A stretch of 63,296 bases of DNA, the filler included. It is 4 parts of 4 records of this genome, joined end to end, with 100 filler letters (N's around TTAATTAATTAA, not from the genome) between each part and the next. Parts side by side here need not be neighbours in the genome. Positions count along the whole stretch, not along the records: positions 1 to 16,603 come from DRR378314_811; positions 16,704 to 34,738 come from DRR378314_815; 2 more parts are not named here. The stretch is one strand, 5' to 3'. Within the stretch, counting starts at the first letter, position 1. The number at the start of each line of letters is the position of its first letter. The notes under the pieces are model-generated. The model ran no database searches, was not told the origin of the DNA, and saw nothing but the letters and a program-made list of their open reading frames with translations. This document shows positions 11,241-21,628 of the stretch, in pieces. The translations under genes were made by a program, and so were the position numbers.

Positions 11241-11726
11241 ATGGCCGAAGAAGAAGCAACACCCGCACCGGCGCAGATGCGCGTATTGGGCCAATACATC
11301 CGCGACATGTCATTTGAAAACATCATGGCGCAAAAAGGCGGCGGCGCAGATGTGCAGCCGGATGTGCAAGTTGAGGTTAAACTGGACGCGAGAAAGCGTT
11401 CTGTCGACAATCAGTATGAAAGCGCAATCAAGCTGAACGTGACGTCCAAGGACACAGCTGGCAACACAACCCTGTTCCTGCTGGAAGTCGACTATGTCGG
11501 TATTTTCCACATCGAGAACATCCCGGATGACCAGATCCATCCATTCCTGTTGATCGAATGCCCGCGGATGATCTTCCCATTCCTGCGCCGCATCGTCAGT
11601 GATGTGACTCGCGACGGTGGGTTCCCGCCGCTGAACCTTGAAAACATTGATTTCGTATCACTTTACCGCAACGAAATCGCGCGTCGTCAGGCTTCCGAAG
11701 GCACACCGCCGCCTGCCGACGCCTAA
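11241..11726 (+). CDS. secB: Protein-export chaperone SecB
   Basis: GQYIRDMSFE, IECPRMIFPFLR, GGFPPLNL; ATG at 11241 after AAGGAA. Confidence 0.96.
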   Translation: MAEEEATPAPAQMRVLGQYIRDMSFENIMAQKGGGADVQPDVQVEVKLDARKRSVDNQYESAIKLNVTSKDTAGNTTLFLLEVDYVGIFHIENIPDDQIHPFLLIECPRMIFPFLRRIVSDVTRDGGFPPLNLENIDFVSLYRNEIARRQASEGTPPPADA

Positions 11727-12409
11727 TACTTTGACCACATCGCATCGCCGCCCAGCTTGCTGACAAATTCAGCATGGGCGGCGTTTTCCTTTTCGGTCAG
11801 CCTTGAGGGCAGGGGATTTGGCCGTGGTTTTGGCGTCCAATTGGTTGTCGTTGTTTGCGAACCCGTCTGGGGCTGTGAAGACAGGGCAAAATCGGGTTGC
11901 CGCCCACCGATCAGCTCAAGATAGACTTCTGCCAGAATTTCACTGTCCAGCAGGGCACCGTGCAAGGTGCGGGACGTGTTATCGATATTGAACCGGCGAC
12001 ACAGCGCATCCAAAGATGCAGGTGAGCCAGGAAATTTAGTGCGGGCAATCTCTAGCGTATCAACAGCCTGTGACCAGGGGATTTGCGGCAATCCCATCCA
12101 TTTCAACTCGGCGTTCAGGAATTTGATGTCGAACTTGGCGTTGTGGATGATCAACTTTGATGTGCCGATGAAATCCAGAAAGGCCTGACCGATTTGGGCA
12201 AACTTTGGCTTGTCTCGCAGAAAATCATCGCCCAACCCATGCACCTCGAACGCCTCTTGCGGCATGGCGCGTTCGGGGTTGATGTATTGGTGATAGGTTT
12301 CCCCAGTCGCCATATGCCCGATCAGTTCAACCGCACCGATCTCAACGATGCGATCGCCGGATTCGGGATCAAAACCTGTGGTTTCCGTATCGAGTACAAT
12401 CTCACGCAT
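11723..12409 (-). CDS. dnaQ: DNA polymerase III epsilon subunit
   Basis: MREIVLDTETTG, HNAKFD, HGALLD DEDDh exonuclease motifs. Confidence 0.97.
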   Translation of the reverse strand: MREIVLDTETTGFDPESGDRIVEIGAVELIGHMATGETYHQYINPERAMPQEAFEVHGLGDDFLRDKPKFAQIGQAFLDFIGTSKLIIHNAKFDIKFLNAELKWMGLPQIPWSQAVDTLEIARTKFPGSPASLDALCRRFNIDNTSRTLHGALLDSEILAEVYLELIGGRQPDFALSSQPQTGSQTTTTNWTPKPRPNPLPSRLTEKENAAHAEFVSKLGGDAMWSKY

Positions 12410-12992
12410 GGCGCTGTTTTTCCCTGATGTCCCTGACCACTTCTTGCACCTGACGGCGCGCATTTTCAATCGTGTCCGTCGTAATCACATAGTCTGCCCG
12501 GGCCGCTTTTTCATCTGCGGGCAATTGTTTGCTGCGGATCACTTCGAATTGTTCTAGGGTCATCGTCCCCCGTGCCATCACCCGTTCTTTCTGGGTATCC
12601 GCGTCAATGATCACACAGGCCACTGCATCCACCTTACCCTCTCCACCGGTTTCATAGATCAGAGGAATATCAAGGACGATAATGTCCTCTGCGGCCTCTA
12701 CGATAAAGGCGGCGCGGTCTTGCCCGACAAGTGGATGGACGATCGCCTCAATCTTTTTCAGCGCAGTGGGGTCGGCAAGAATGATCTCTTTCAACCTTGC
12801 GCGGGACACTGCGTTCTCTTCGATGGCATCAGGAAACAAGTCTCTAACAGGGGCAACTGCGGCCCCTCCTGTGCTATACAAACGATGCACAGCGGCATCC
12901 GCATCCCACAGCGCGCACCCCTCCTGCACAAAAAGTTGCGCAGTTGTTGACTTGCCCATACCGATTGAACCGGTCAAGCCCAGCAGAAACAT
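12402..12992 (-). CDS. coaE: Dephospho-CoA kinase
   Basis: GLTGSIGMGKST, DADAAVH, VHPLV. Confidence 0.96.
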   Translation of the reverse strand: MFLLGLTGSIGMGKSTTAQLFVQEGCALWDADAAVHRLYSTGGAAVAPVRDLFPDAIEENAVSRARLKEIILADPTALKKIEAIVHPLVGQDRAAFIVEAAEDIIVLDIPLIYETGGEGKVDAVACVIIDADTQKERVMARGTMTLEQFEVIRSKQLPADEKAARADYVITTDTIENARRQVQEVVRDIREKQRHA

Positions 12993-13825
12993 CAGCGCAG
13001 CGCCGCCGCACGGGTTGCGCGGTCAACCTCCGGGCGTTTGCCGAACCAACGTTCAAATGCAGGAACCGCTTGATGCAGCAACATCCCCAATCCATCCACC
13101 GTGACGCAACCCGCCTGTTCAGCCGTCGCAAGCAGATTGGTTTTCAGTGGCGCATAGACCAGATCCGTCACTACGGTTCCCGGATTCAATCCATCGAGCG
13201 GCACACGCATTTCACCTTTGCCGATCATACCCAGTGATGTGGTATTCACGACCAGGGCCGCATGTTCCATCATATTGCCGGCCTGCACCCAGTCAAAGAT
13301 CCGCAAACGATTGCCAAAATCCGCCTTTAGTTTCTCGGCCCGCACCCGCGTCCGGTTGGACAAGAAAATTTCGGGCACACCTGCATCCAGAAGCGAGGCG
13401 ATGACCGCCCGCGCCGCGCCACCGGCACCAAGCAGGGCAGCAGGACCGGATTGAGGTGACCAGTTTGGCGCGCCAATCTTGAGGTTTTCCAGAAACCCAT
13501 AACCATCTGTATTATCCGCATGGATTTTCCCATCTTTACGGAAAATCAACGTGTTCGCAGCCCCGATCAAGATCGCCCGATCCGTGACCAGATCAGCGAT
13601 CGACATGATCTTTTCCTTATGCGGGATCGTGACGTTGGCGCCGACAAAGCCCATCTTGGGCAGGGTACGCACCACCTGTTCAAGGTTATCCGTGTTCACG
13701 TCCATCGGTATATAGTGGCCGGCAATGCCATAGGTCTTGAGCCAATGACGGTGCACCTGTGGCGATTTCGAATGTGCAATTGGTGATCCGATAACCCCGG
13801 CCAAGGGGATGTTAGGCAAATTCAT
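12992..13825 (-). CDS. aroE: Shikimate dehydrogenase
   Basis: HSKSP, NVTIPHK, GAANT, NTDGYG, GAGGAAR, NTTSLG. Confidence 0.97.
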   Translation of the reverse strand: MNLPNIPLAGVIGSPIAHSKSPQVHRHWLKTYGIAGHYIPMDVNTDNLEQVVRTLPKMGFVGANVTIPHKEKIMSIADLVTDRAILIGAANTLIFRKDGKIHADNTDGYGFLENLKIGAPNWSPQSGPAALLGAGGAARAVIASLLDAGVPEIFLSNRTRVRAEKLKADFGNRLRIFDWVQAGNMMEHAALVVNTTSLGMIGKGEMRVPLDGLNPGTVVTDLVYAPLKTNLLATAEQAGCVTVDGLGMLLHQAVPAFERWFGKRPEVDRATRAAALR

Positions 13826-14421
13826 GTGGCAAGATCCCCGCGCAAGGTCAGATAATTTAGCAACTCCAGAAGTGGCATACCCAGAACGTTAAAGTAATCC
13901 CCTTCGATGTTCGAGAACAGGCGCACACCTTCCTCCTCCAGTTTATAACATCCCACTGCATGGCGGATGCTTTCCCAGTTCCGCCGGATGTATTCCTCTA
14001 GGTAGCCATCTGTGGCATGGCGCATCCGCAGACGCACCTGACCGACATGACGCCAAATCGGCTTGCCGTCCTCGCAAAGAACTGCCGCACTGAGCAGGGA
14101 ATGGCGATCACCACGCAACGACTGGAGCTGGGTAAAGGCGTCATCGGGACTGTTCGGTTTCGACAACAATTTTCCCTTATGATCCAATACCTGATCACAT
14201 CCCAAAACCAAGGCACCCGGGTTCTTTTCGCTGACCTTGCGCGCCTTCATTTCAGCCAGTTTATCGGCAATGTCACGGGGCGGCGCATTTTCAACGATCA
14301 AGGACTGTTTGATCATTTCCTCATCAATCCGGGGCACCTGAACCAGATGATCCACACAGGCCTGCATCAACAGTTTTGCCCGGATGGCGGAACCGGAAGC
14401 GAGGATAAGAGGCTGCGGCAT
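13822..14421 (-). CDS. maf: Maf family nucleotide pyrophosphatase
   Basis: LILASGS, LGCDQVL, SKP, GDYFNVLGMPL. Confidence 0.95.
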   Translation of the reverse strand: MPQPLILASGSAIRAKLLMQACVDHLVQVPRIDEEMIKQSLIVENAPPRDIADKLAEMKARKVSEKNPGALVLGCDQVLDHKGKLLSKPNSPDDAFTQLQSLRGDRHSLLSAAVLCEDGKPIWRHVGQVRLRMRHATDGYLEEYIRRNWESIRHAVGCYKLEEEGVRLFSNIEGDYFNVLGMPLLELLNYLTLRGDLAT

Positions 14422-14800
14422 GGGGATAACCTTGTGGACGGTGTTAAGGGTTTCTTAAGGAGTTTTAGTGCAGAATTTGCAAAGACGAAACACGCTCAGG
14501 AAATTTGCCGGGTTATGCCCCCGGCTGGCCGTTTCGTACACCTGAGGAAAAGAACAACATCCCCTTGGGAGGAATCGGTTTTGCCGTCAGTTATCTTGAT
14601 TTCACACACAGTTTCAGTGAAAATCTACCTGCATAAAACTCTATTTTTAAAAGATATTTTTGACCTTTACCTCTGTTTGCCCACAGGCCCGGGATAGTTT
14701 TTCCTTGGCCCTGCCAGCCTTGGGGTAACTCATTAATCCACAGAAAATCTGCTCCCTACTTACATCATCATCTTTCTTATCTTCTTTATTATTATAAGAA
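14421..14800. other. oriC: Probable chromosomal replication origin (oriC)
   Basis: AT-rich gap between maf and hemJ-rho (usual alphaproteobacterial ori synteny); DnaA-like boxes TGGGGATAA (14421-14429), TTGCCCACA (14677-14685), TAATCCACA (14734-14742); trinucleotide DnaA-trio-like run at about 14757-14796; CtrA box; GANTC at 14572. Confidence 0.8.
14444..14458. promoter_or_regulatory. CtrA box in oriC / maf promoter region
   Basis: TTAA-GGGTTTC-TTAA, exact TTAA-N7-TTAA. Confidence 0.7.
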
Positions 14801-14821
14801 GGGCAAAGAACGGAGTGAGAT

Positions 14822-15271
14822 ATGTCAGACATCCTTGCGCTTGCTTACCCTTGGGTCAAAGCACTTCATATCATATCGGTGATTTCCTGGATGGCGGCTT
14901 TGTTCTATTTGCCACGCCTGTTTGTGCACCATACGGAACAGGGTGGATTGTCGGGGGCAACCCATGATCTCTTTGCCATGATGGAATTCAAACTGGCGCG
15001 TGTTATCATGCGACCGGCAATGCATGCCACCTGGACCTTCGGATTGTTACTGGTCTTCACGCCGGGCATTGTGGACTGGTCCGCCATCTGGCCCTGGACC
15101 AAAGCCGCCAGCGTCCTTGCAATGACAGTGTTTCATACTTGGCTGATCATTCGGATGAAGGCCTTCCAGCGGGGTGAGAATTCCGTGTCCGGGCGGCAAT
15201 ACCGGCTGATGAATGAGGTGCCGACGGTTTTGATGATCATCATCGTCTTCTCGGTTGTCGTGAAATTCTGA
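14822..15271 (+). CDS. hemJ: Protoporphyrinogen oxidase HemJ
   Basis: YPWVKALHII...WMAALFYLPRLFVHH, RLMNEVPT, VVVKF. Confidence 0.92.
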   Translation: MSDILALAYPWVKALHIISVISWMAALFYLPRLFVHHTEQGGLSGATHDLFAMMEFKLARVIMRPAMHATWTFGLLLVFTPGIVDWSAIWPWTKAASVLAMTVFHTWLIIRMKAFQRGENSVSGRQYRLMNEVPTVLMIIIVFSVVVKF

Positions 15272-15275
15272 TTGA

Positions 15276-15304
15276 TTGACTCGCGCCGGTCAGCCGCTTA
15301 TATC
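15276..15304 (+). promoter_or_regulatory. Putative sigma70 promoter of rho
   Basis: TTGACT-N17-TATATC; the -35 overlaps a GANTC site (GACTC). Confidence 0.6.
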
Positions 15305-15397
15305 CCTTGCACCACCCCGTTCGGGGATCGGTCTTAGCTTTTTCATTCCCCATATCGACCAGCCAGCAGTTTTCGCGCGGCTGCACAGGATTTCTTC

Positions 15398-16603
15398 ATG
15401 ACAACCGATACGCTGAACCTCGCTGATCTTAAGGCGCAAACGCCCAAGAACCTTCTGGCAATGGCCGAGGAACTTGAGATCGAAAACGCCTCTACCATGC
15501 GAAAAGGCGAAATGATGTTCCAGATCCTGCGCGAACGTGCAGATGAGGGCTGGGAAATCTCCGGCGATGGTGTTTTGGAAGTTTTGCAGGATGGGTTTGG
15601 CTTTCTGCGGTCACCGGAAGCCAACTATCTGCCGGGCCCGGATGATATTTATGTCTCACCTGATATGATCCGCCAGCATTCCCTGCGTACCGGGGACACC
15701 ATTGAGGGGCTGATCAAGGCCCCTGACGATACCGAACGGTATTTCGCCCTGACCGAGGTCACCAAGATCAACTTTGAAGAGCCAGAGAAGGCCCGTCACA
15801 AGGTTGCGTTCGAGAACCTGACGCCGCTTTACCCGGACGAGCGGCTGACGATGGAAGTGGAAGATCCCACTGTCAAAGACCGTTCAGCGCGGATCATTGA
15901 TCTGGTATCACCCATCGGTAAAGGCCAGCGGTGTCTGATCGTTGCGCCCCCGCGGACGGGTAAAACGGTTCTGTTGCAGAATATCGCGAATTCGATCGAG
16001 ATGAACCATCCAGAGTGCTATCTGATTGTTCTGCTGATTGATGAGCGCCCTGAAGAAGTCACCGATATGCAGCGTTCGGTGAAAGGCGAGGTTGTTTCCT
16101 CGACGTTTGATGAGCCTGCAACGCGTCACGTTGCCGTGTCCGAGATGGTCATCGAAAAAGCGAAACGTCTGGTGGAACATAAACGTGATGTTGTAATCCT
16201 GCTTGATTCCATCACGCGGTTGGGTCGGGCGTTCAACACGGTTGTGCCGTCCTCTGGTAAGGTTTTGACCGGTGGTGTGGATGCTAATGCCTTGCAACGC
16301 CCCAAGCGTTTCTTTGGTGCAGCACGTAATATTGAAGAAGGCGGTTCACTGACGATTATCGCAACTGCTTTGATCGACACAGGTTCGCGGATGGACGAGG
16401 TGATCTTTGAAGAATTCAAAGGCACGGGTAACTCTGAAATTGTGCTGGATCGTAAGATTGCTGATAAACGTGTGTTCCCGGCGATGGATATTCTGAAATC
16501 CGGTACCCGTAAGGAAGACTTGCTGGTCGATAAGGTTGATCTGCAAAAGACATTTGTCCTGCGTCGGATTCTGAACCCGATGGGGACCACCGATGCGATT
16601 GAA
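15398..16603 (+). CDS. rho: Transcription termination factor Rho, 3'-truncated at contig end
   Basis: [43 protein letters not shown]. Confidence 0.98.
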
Positions 16604-16703
16604 NNNNNNNNNNNNNNNNNNNNNNNNNNNNNNNNNNNNNNNNNNNNTTAATTAATTAANNNNNNNNNNNNNNNNNNNNNNNNNNNNNNNNNNNNNNNNN
16701 NNN
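16604..16703. other. Artificial contig spacer
   Basis: 44 N + TTAATTAATTAA (stops in all six frames) + 44 N. Confidence 0.99.
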
Positions 16704-17483
16704 ACACATGATGTAGGACAGGATCGCACCGGAAGAGCCCACAAGCGCACCCACGATAATGAGGGCCGTGTTTTCCAGGGTAAATCCAATACCGGCTGCC
16801 GCCCATCCTGAATAGGAATTCAGCATGGAAACCACCACCGGCATATCCGCACCCCCAATTGGGATAATGATCAAAAAGCCGATCAGGAAAGCAAGCGCTG
16901 TCATCGCCCAGAAAATGGCTGGGTTCAGATCAACACAGAACCAGACGATCAGGGCAACAATGCCAATTCCGATCAGCAGGTTCAACATATGCTGGCCCGG
17001 GAAAACCACCGGATTACCAGAGACAAGTCCCTGCAATTTGGTGAAGGCAATAATGGATCCCGAGAAGGTAATCGCACCGACCACAATTCCGATCGCCATT
17101 TCCACACGCGACAGAACTGTCAGTTGCCCACTCTCACCAATGATGCCATAGGCTTCTGGATTATAGAATGCGGCCGCCGCAACCAGAACCGCAGCCAGAC
17201 CCACAAGGGAATGAAAAGCGGCCACAAGCTGAGGCATGGCAGTCATGGCAATGCGCTGGGCAATCACTGCACCAATGGCACCGCCAATGACAATACCGCC
17301 AATAATCCATTCATAGGAAAGGACGCTGGGGCTCAAGATGGTAACGACAATGGCAATGGCCATGCCGATCATACCCATCACATTACCGCGGCGGGACGTG
17401 TCCGGAGAAGATAGCCCTCTCAAAGACAGGATGAATAAAATGGCGGATACCAGATAGGCAAGCGCCGTAAAATTAGCTGACAC
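16704..17483 (-). CDS. pntB: NAD(P) transhydrogenase beta subunit, 3'-truncated
   Basis: MTAMPQLVAAFHSLVG, IGGADMPVVVSMLNSYSGWA, GALVGSSGAILS. Confidence 0.97.
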
Positions 17484-17495
17484 TGGATAATCCCC

Positions 17496-17789
17496 CTATT
17501 TCTGTTTTTTCTTGTACATGGCGAGCATTCGCTGGGTCACCAGGAAACCACCAAAGATATTCACCGATGCCAGGACAATGGCGACAAAACCGAAAATCTT
17601 GGCAAGGTTCAGATCAGCGGGACCCGCTGCAATGAGCGCGCCGACGATAATCACAGAAGAAATGGCGTTTGTAACCGCCATCAACGGGGTATGCAGGGCT
17701 GGTGTCACGCTCCAGACTACATAGTAGCCAACGAAAATTGCCAGAACAAAAATCGCCAGCCGAAAAACAGTAGGATCGACCATATCCAT
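17496..17789 (-). CDS. pntAb: NAD(P) transhydrogenase alpha subunit part 2 (membrane)
   Basis: [34 protein letters not shown]. Confidence 0.96.
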   Translation of the reverse strand: MDMVDPTVFRLAIFVLAIFVGYYVVWSVTPALHTPLMAVTNAISSVIIVGALIAAGPADLNLAKIFGFVAIVLASVNIFGGFLVTQRMLAMYKKKQK

Positions 17790-17791
17790 GA

Positions 17792-18946
17792 TTAGTTACC
17801 TCCTTCTGTCAAAAGCGGATGAACGACTTCACCGTTTCGTGTCAGACCTGTCCCGAGGATGATTTCATCCTCCCAGTTCATCTCCAACGCGCCGGTTTCC
17901 TTGTTGATCATCGGTGTCAGGTAATTGAGTAGGTTCTTAGCATAAAGGTTAGAAGCATCACTTGCCAAACGACTTGGAACGTTAATATGACCGACGATTT
18001 TCACGCCATTATCCGTTTCAACAACTTCACCTGCTTTGGACTGGGTAACATTACCACCCGCCTCAACCGCCAGATCCACAATCACAGAGCCCGGTTTCAT
18101 CACAGCCAGCATCTCGTCATTAATCAGGATCGGGGCTTCCCGTCCTGGAATAAGGGCGGTGGTGATCACAATGTCCTGTTTCTTGAGATGTTCAAAAACA
18201 AGATCGGCCTGTTTTTTCTTGTACTCTTCAGACATTTCCTTGGCGTAACCACCTTCACCTTCGCCAGCCTCTTCAGACTCGACCATGATGAATTTGGCAC
18301 CCAGGCTTTCAACCTGTTCTTTGGTTGCTGCGCGAACATCTGTTGCGGTCACAACAGATCCCAGGCGCCGTGCGGTGGCAATTGCCTGAAGACCGGCAAC
18401 ACCAACACCCATGATAAAGATTTTGGCAGGGGCTACAGTGCCGGCCGCTGTCATCATCATTGGCAGGGCTTTGCCATAAACAGATGTCGCATCAAGAACG
18501 GATTTATAACCCGCCAGGTTGGATTGCGACGAGAGAACATCCATGGATTGCGCCCGACTGATGCGCGGTACAAGTTCCATGGCATGGGCTTCAATGCCCG
18601 CTGCGGCATAGGCCGCAACCTGTTCTTTATTTTGCGTCGGCGCCAAAATGGAAATTAGCGTGGCCCCTTTTTTCATCAGGGCAAGTTCATCCGGTCCGCC
18701 CTCAGCTTCGGTCAAGGGGCGTTGGACTTTCAGAATAACATCGGCATCTTTCAGGGCTGCTGCGGCATCCCCGGCAATGGTGGCTCCGGCGTCGGTATAT
18801 TCCTGATCAGAGAAAGAACTGAGCAAACCAGCTTCTGTCTCGACAACAACTTCAACTCCCAGACCCACATACTTCTTTACAGTATCAGGAGAGGCCGCCA
18901 CACGTTTTTCGTGCGCCCGACGCTCCTTGGGGATTGCGATTTTCAT
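17792..18946 (-). CDS. pntAa: NAD(P) transhydrogenase alpha subunit part 1 (soluble dI)
   Basis: IPKE...[43 protein letters not shown]. Confidence 0.97.
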   Translation of the reverse strand: MKIAIPKERRAHEKRVAASPDTVKKYVGLGVEVVVETEAGLLSSFSDQEYTDAGATIAGDAAAALKDADVILKVQRPLTEAEGGPDELALMKKGATLISILAPTQNKEQVAAYAAAGIEAHAMELVPRISRAQSMDVLSSQSNLAGYKSVLDATSVYGKALPMMMTAAGTVAPAKIFIMGVGVAGLQAIATARRLGSVVTATDVRAATKEQVESLGAKFIMVESEEAGEGEGGYAKEMSEEYKKKQADLVFEHLKKQDIVITTALIPGREAPILINDEMLAVMKPGSVIVDLAVEAGGNVTQSKAGEVVETDNGVKIVGHINVPSRLASDASNLYAKNLLNYLTPMINKETGALEMNWEDEIILGTGLTRNGEVVHPLLTEGGN

Positions 18947-19061
18947 AATCGATCCTCTTATATTTGTAGTTAAAGTGGGTGTGATCGACGCCCCCTGCCA
19001 GCGTCAATTTGCGAAAATCTGCCCTTTAACTCATTAAAGGACAGCCAGCACAATTTCCCAA

Positions 19062-19190
19062 TTAAGCGATAATAAAAACCACGAAAGCTGTAATCACAGC
19101 AGAGATAATAGTGCCCCATGTAAACAGCTTAACAAAAGAATTATAGGACTCTTTTTGCTGCTCAACATTCATATTACCCTGTTCGTACAT
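19062..19190 (-). CDS. aa3-type cytochrome c oxidase subunit IV-like small membrane protein (42 aa; not in ORF track)
   Basis: MYEQGNMNVEQQKESYNSFVKLFTWGTIISAVITAFVVFIIA; GAGGA RBS; single TM; usual position upstream of pntA. Confidence 0.8.
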   Translation of the reverse strand: MYEQGNMNVEQQKESYNSFVKLFTWGTIISAVITAFVVFIIA

Positions 19191-19288
19191 AGTTTCCTCT
19201 CCACTTCAATCGGTGTATTACGCTGCATCGCAATATAGCAAAACTTCAACGCCGGGCAACAATTAACGCATTCTGCATCTCAGAAGAC

Positions 19289-19324
19289 AAAAAAAGGCGG
19301 CTTTTCTCTGTGGAGAAGCCGCCT
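19289..19324 (-). terminator. Rho-independent terminator after pepF
   Basis: AGGCGGCTTCTC...GAAAAGCCGCCT stem followed by a T-run on the minus strand. Confidence 0.85.
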
Positions 19325-19345
19325 GAATTCGGGATGATGAATATC

Positions 19346-21121
19346 TTAGGACAGAGATTCCAGCTCGTCGATAAATTCTTCGATAATCCCAAGGCCTTTC
19401 TGCCAAAAGGCCGGATCACTGGCGTCCAGTCCAAAGGGGGCTAGAAGTTCCTTGTGAGGCAGGGTTCCCCCAGCTTTCAGCATATCGAAATATTTCTCCT
19501 GAAAACCGCTTTCTGCATTCTGGTAGACCGCATATAGCGCGTTCACCAAACAGTCACCAAACGCATAGGCGTAGACATAAAATGGCGAATGAATGAAATG
19601 CGGAATATAGGTCCAGAAATATTGATATTCATCATGCAGACGAATGGCCGGGCCGAGGCTCTCCCGCTGCACCGCCATCCAGATTTCACCGATTTGATCC
19701 GGAGACAGCTCTTCTTCTTTACGGGCGGTATGCAGGCGCACCTCAAACTCATAAAATGCGATTTGGCGAACCACCGTGTTGATCATGTCTTCAACCTTAC
19801 CGGCCAGCATAACCCGCTTCTTAGCCGGGTCCTTTTCCTTATCCAGAAGCGCCCGGAAGGTAAGTTGCTCTCCAAACACGCTGGCGGTTTCCGCCAATGT
19901 CAGCGGGGTATCGGCAAGCAGCGCCCCTTGTGGCCCGGCTAGAACCTGATGCACACCATGGCCAAGTTCGTGGGCTAATGTCATCACATCGCGCACTTTG
20001 CCCTGATAATTCACCAGCAGATAGGGATGGGCACTCGGTACCGTTGGATGAGCGAAGGCGCCTGGGGATTTTCCAGGGCGGACCGAAGCGTCAATCCACG
20101 GTTTATCAAAAAATTCCTGACCCAGTTTTGCCAGTTCCGGGGAAAAGCGACCATAAGCGTCCAGCACTGTATCGCGGGCTTCATCCCATGGGATAAGCCG
20201 ATCATCATCTTCGGGCAGTGGGGCATTTCGATCCCAATAGTCCAGCTTATCCTGTCCCATCCACTTGGCTTTCAACGCATAATATCTATGCGATAGCCGC
20301 GGGTAGGACTGACGAACAGCTTCGGCAAGCGCGTCCACGACCTCATCCTCCACCTGATTGGACAGGTGGCGCATGGTCATTGGGCTCGTCGCTTTTCGCC
20401 ACTCATCCTCAATGGCTTTATCTTTTGCCAAAGTGTTGGTAATCAGCGCAAACAGGCGAACATTTTCCCCAAAAACCTTGCCCAGGCATTTGGCCGCTTT
20501 TTTACGTTTATCCCCGTCCTTGTCCGACAACAGGTGCAACACCTCTTGAGACGCCAAGGTCTTGCCATCTATTTCAAACTTCAGGCCAGCCATGGTTTCA
20601 TCAAACAGCCGAACCCAGGAACTGCGGCCAGAAATCGCCTTTTCATGCAGCAATTTCTCCAGCGCATCATCCAGTTGGTAAGGCTTCAATGCTCGAACAT
20701 TATCAATCCATGGCTGATAGCGTTTTAGCTCAGGATGGGCGTAATAGTCATTGATCCGGATATCTTCAATTCGGTTCAATTCCAATGTGAAGAACAACAG
20801 ATCCGTCGAAATTGCGCTGATTTTTTCCTGCATATTTTGGAAAAACTTGCCAATATCCGGATCGGTCATGTCACCCGCATAAACAAGATAGGCAAAAGAC
20901 ATAATCCGCCCCAGTTTTTCTTCCAGCGCTTCATACTCCTTCAACGCTTTCAGAAAACCATTCGCATCCAAACTGCTCAGTTTGCCCTGATAGCTGGCGG
21001 CAAAGGTTTTTGCCTCCTCTGCAGCAGAACTGATATCATCCTCCAGCTCCGGTGATTTCCGGGACGGATACAGATCAGTGAGATCCCATTCGGGCAGATT
21101 GCTTAAGGCGGCTTCGGACAT
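19346..21121 (-). CDS. pepF: M3 family oligoendopeptidase F
   Basis: LPEWDLTDLY, GKSPGAF, TLAHELGHGVH, AETASVFGE, IPHFIHSPFYVYAYAFG. Confidence 0.94.
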   Translation of the reverse strand: MSEAALSNLPEWDLTDLYPSRKSPELEDDISSAAEEAKTFAASYQGKLSSLDANGFLKALKEYEALEEKLGRIMSFAYLVYAGDMTDPDIGKFFQNMQEKISAISTDLLFFTLELNRIEDIRINDYYAHPELKRYQPWIDNVRALKPYQLDDALEKLLHEKAISGRSSWVRLFDETMAGLKFEIDGKTLASQEVLHLLSDKDGDKRKKAAKCLGKVFGENVRLFALITNTLAKDKAIEDEWRKATSPMTMRHLSNQVEDEVVDALAEAVRQSYPRLSHRYYALKAKWMGQDKLDYWDRNAPLPEDDDRLIPWDEARDTVLDAYGRFSPELAKLGQEFFDKPWIDASVRPGKSPGAFAHPTVPSAHPYLLVNYQGKVRDVMTLAHELGHGVHQVLAGPQGALLADTPLTLAETASVFGEQLTFRALLDKEKDPAKKRVMLAGKVEDMINTVVRQIAFYEFEVRLHTARKEEELSPDQIGEIWMAVQRESLGPAIRLHDEYQYFWTYIPHFIHSPFYVYAYAFGDCLVNALYAVYQNAESGFQEKYFDMLKAGGTLPHKELLAPFGLDASDPAFWQKGLGIIEEFIDELESLS

Positions 21122-21178
21122 GTCTTCGGTTTAACTCCAGTTAAAAATATTCAGCAGTCTACATTTATGCTTTTTTCC

Positions 21179-21628
21179 CTAGCTGACAAGGAAGTTCGCA
21201 TTGGCTGTTGCAATTGGTTTGCTGCGGTCCTTTTGCCAGGCCCGGATGCGCATATTGGCAACCCGCCGACCGGGTTTGGTGATCACTGCCTCAGCAAAAC
21301 AGGCCTCCACTTTGGCAGAGCGCAAATAGTCGATCGTAAACGTGATAATCTTCGGAACCCGGGTGACTTCCTGAGTGACCAGCAAATGCACCAGCGCCGT
21401 ACTTTCCAGAAAGGCGCCGACAACTCCACCATGAATGGCCGGCAGTGTTGGATTACCAGTGAATTTCTTGTTTTCAGGGATATAGCAGATCAACTCATCT
21501 TCGCTTTCCCGCACTTCCATACCCAAATACTGGAAATAAGGGATGAGATCGGCAATAGTCGCCCAGTCTCTTTGCTCTTTGGCTTTCAGGATAGTCTGCA
21601 GAAATTCTTCACTTTTTGGGTCTGACAT
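21179..21628 (-). CDS. PaaI family (hotdog) thioesterase
   Basis: GNPTLPAIHGGVVGAFLE, TIDYLRSA. Confidence 0.9.
   Translation of the reverse strand: MSDPKSEEFLQTILKAKEQRDWATIADLIPYFQYLGMEVRESEDELICYIPENKKFTGNPTLPAIHGGVVGAFLESTALVHLLVTQEVTRVPKIITFTIDYLRSAKVEACFAEAVITKPGRRVANMRIRAWQKDRSKPIATANANFLVS

Noticed and set aside
14609-14626. parS-like GTTTCAGTGAAAA in oriC, and GTGAAACA at 10481
   Set aside because: Neither matches the 16-bp TGTTTCACGTGAAACA spacing; one lacks a base and the other is a half-site
16648-16659. TTAATTAATTAA repeated three times in the window
   Set aside because: Identical linker embedded in N-runs; an assembly spacer, not a CtrA site or biological repeat
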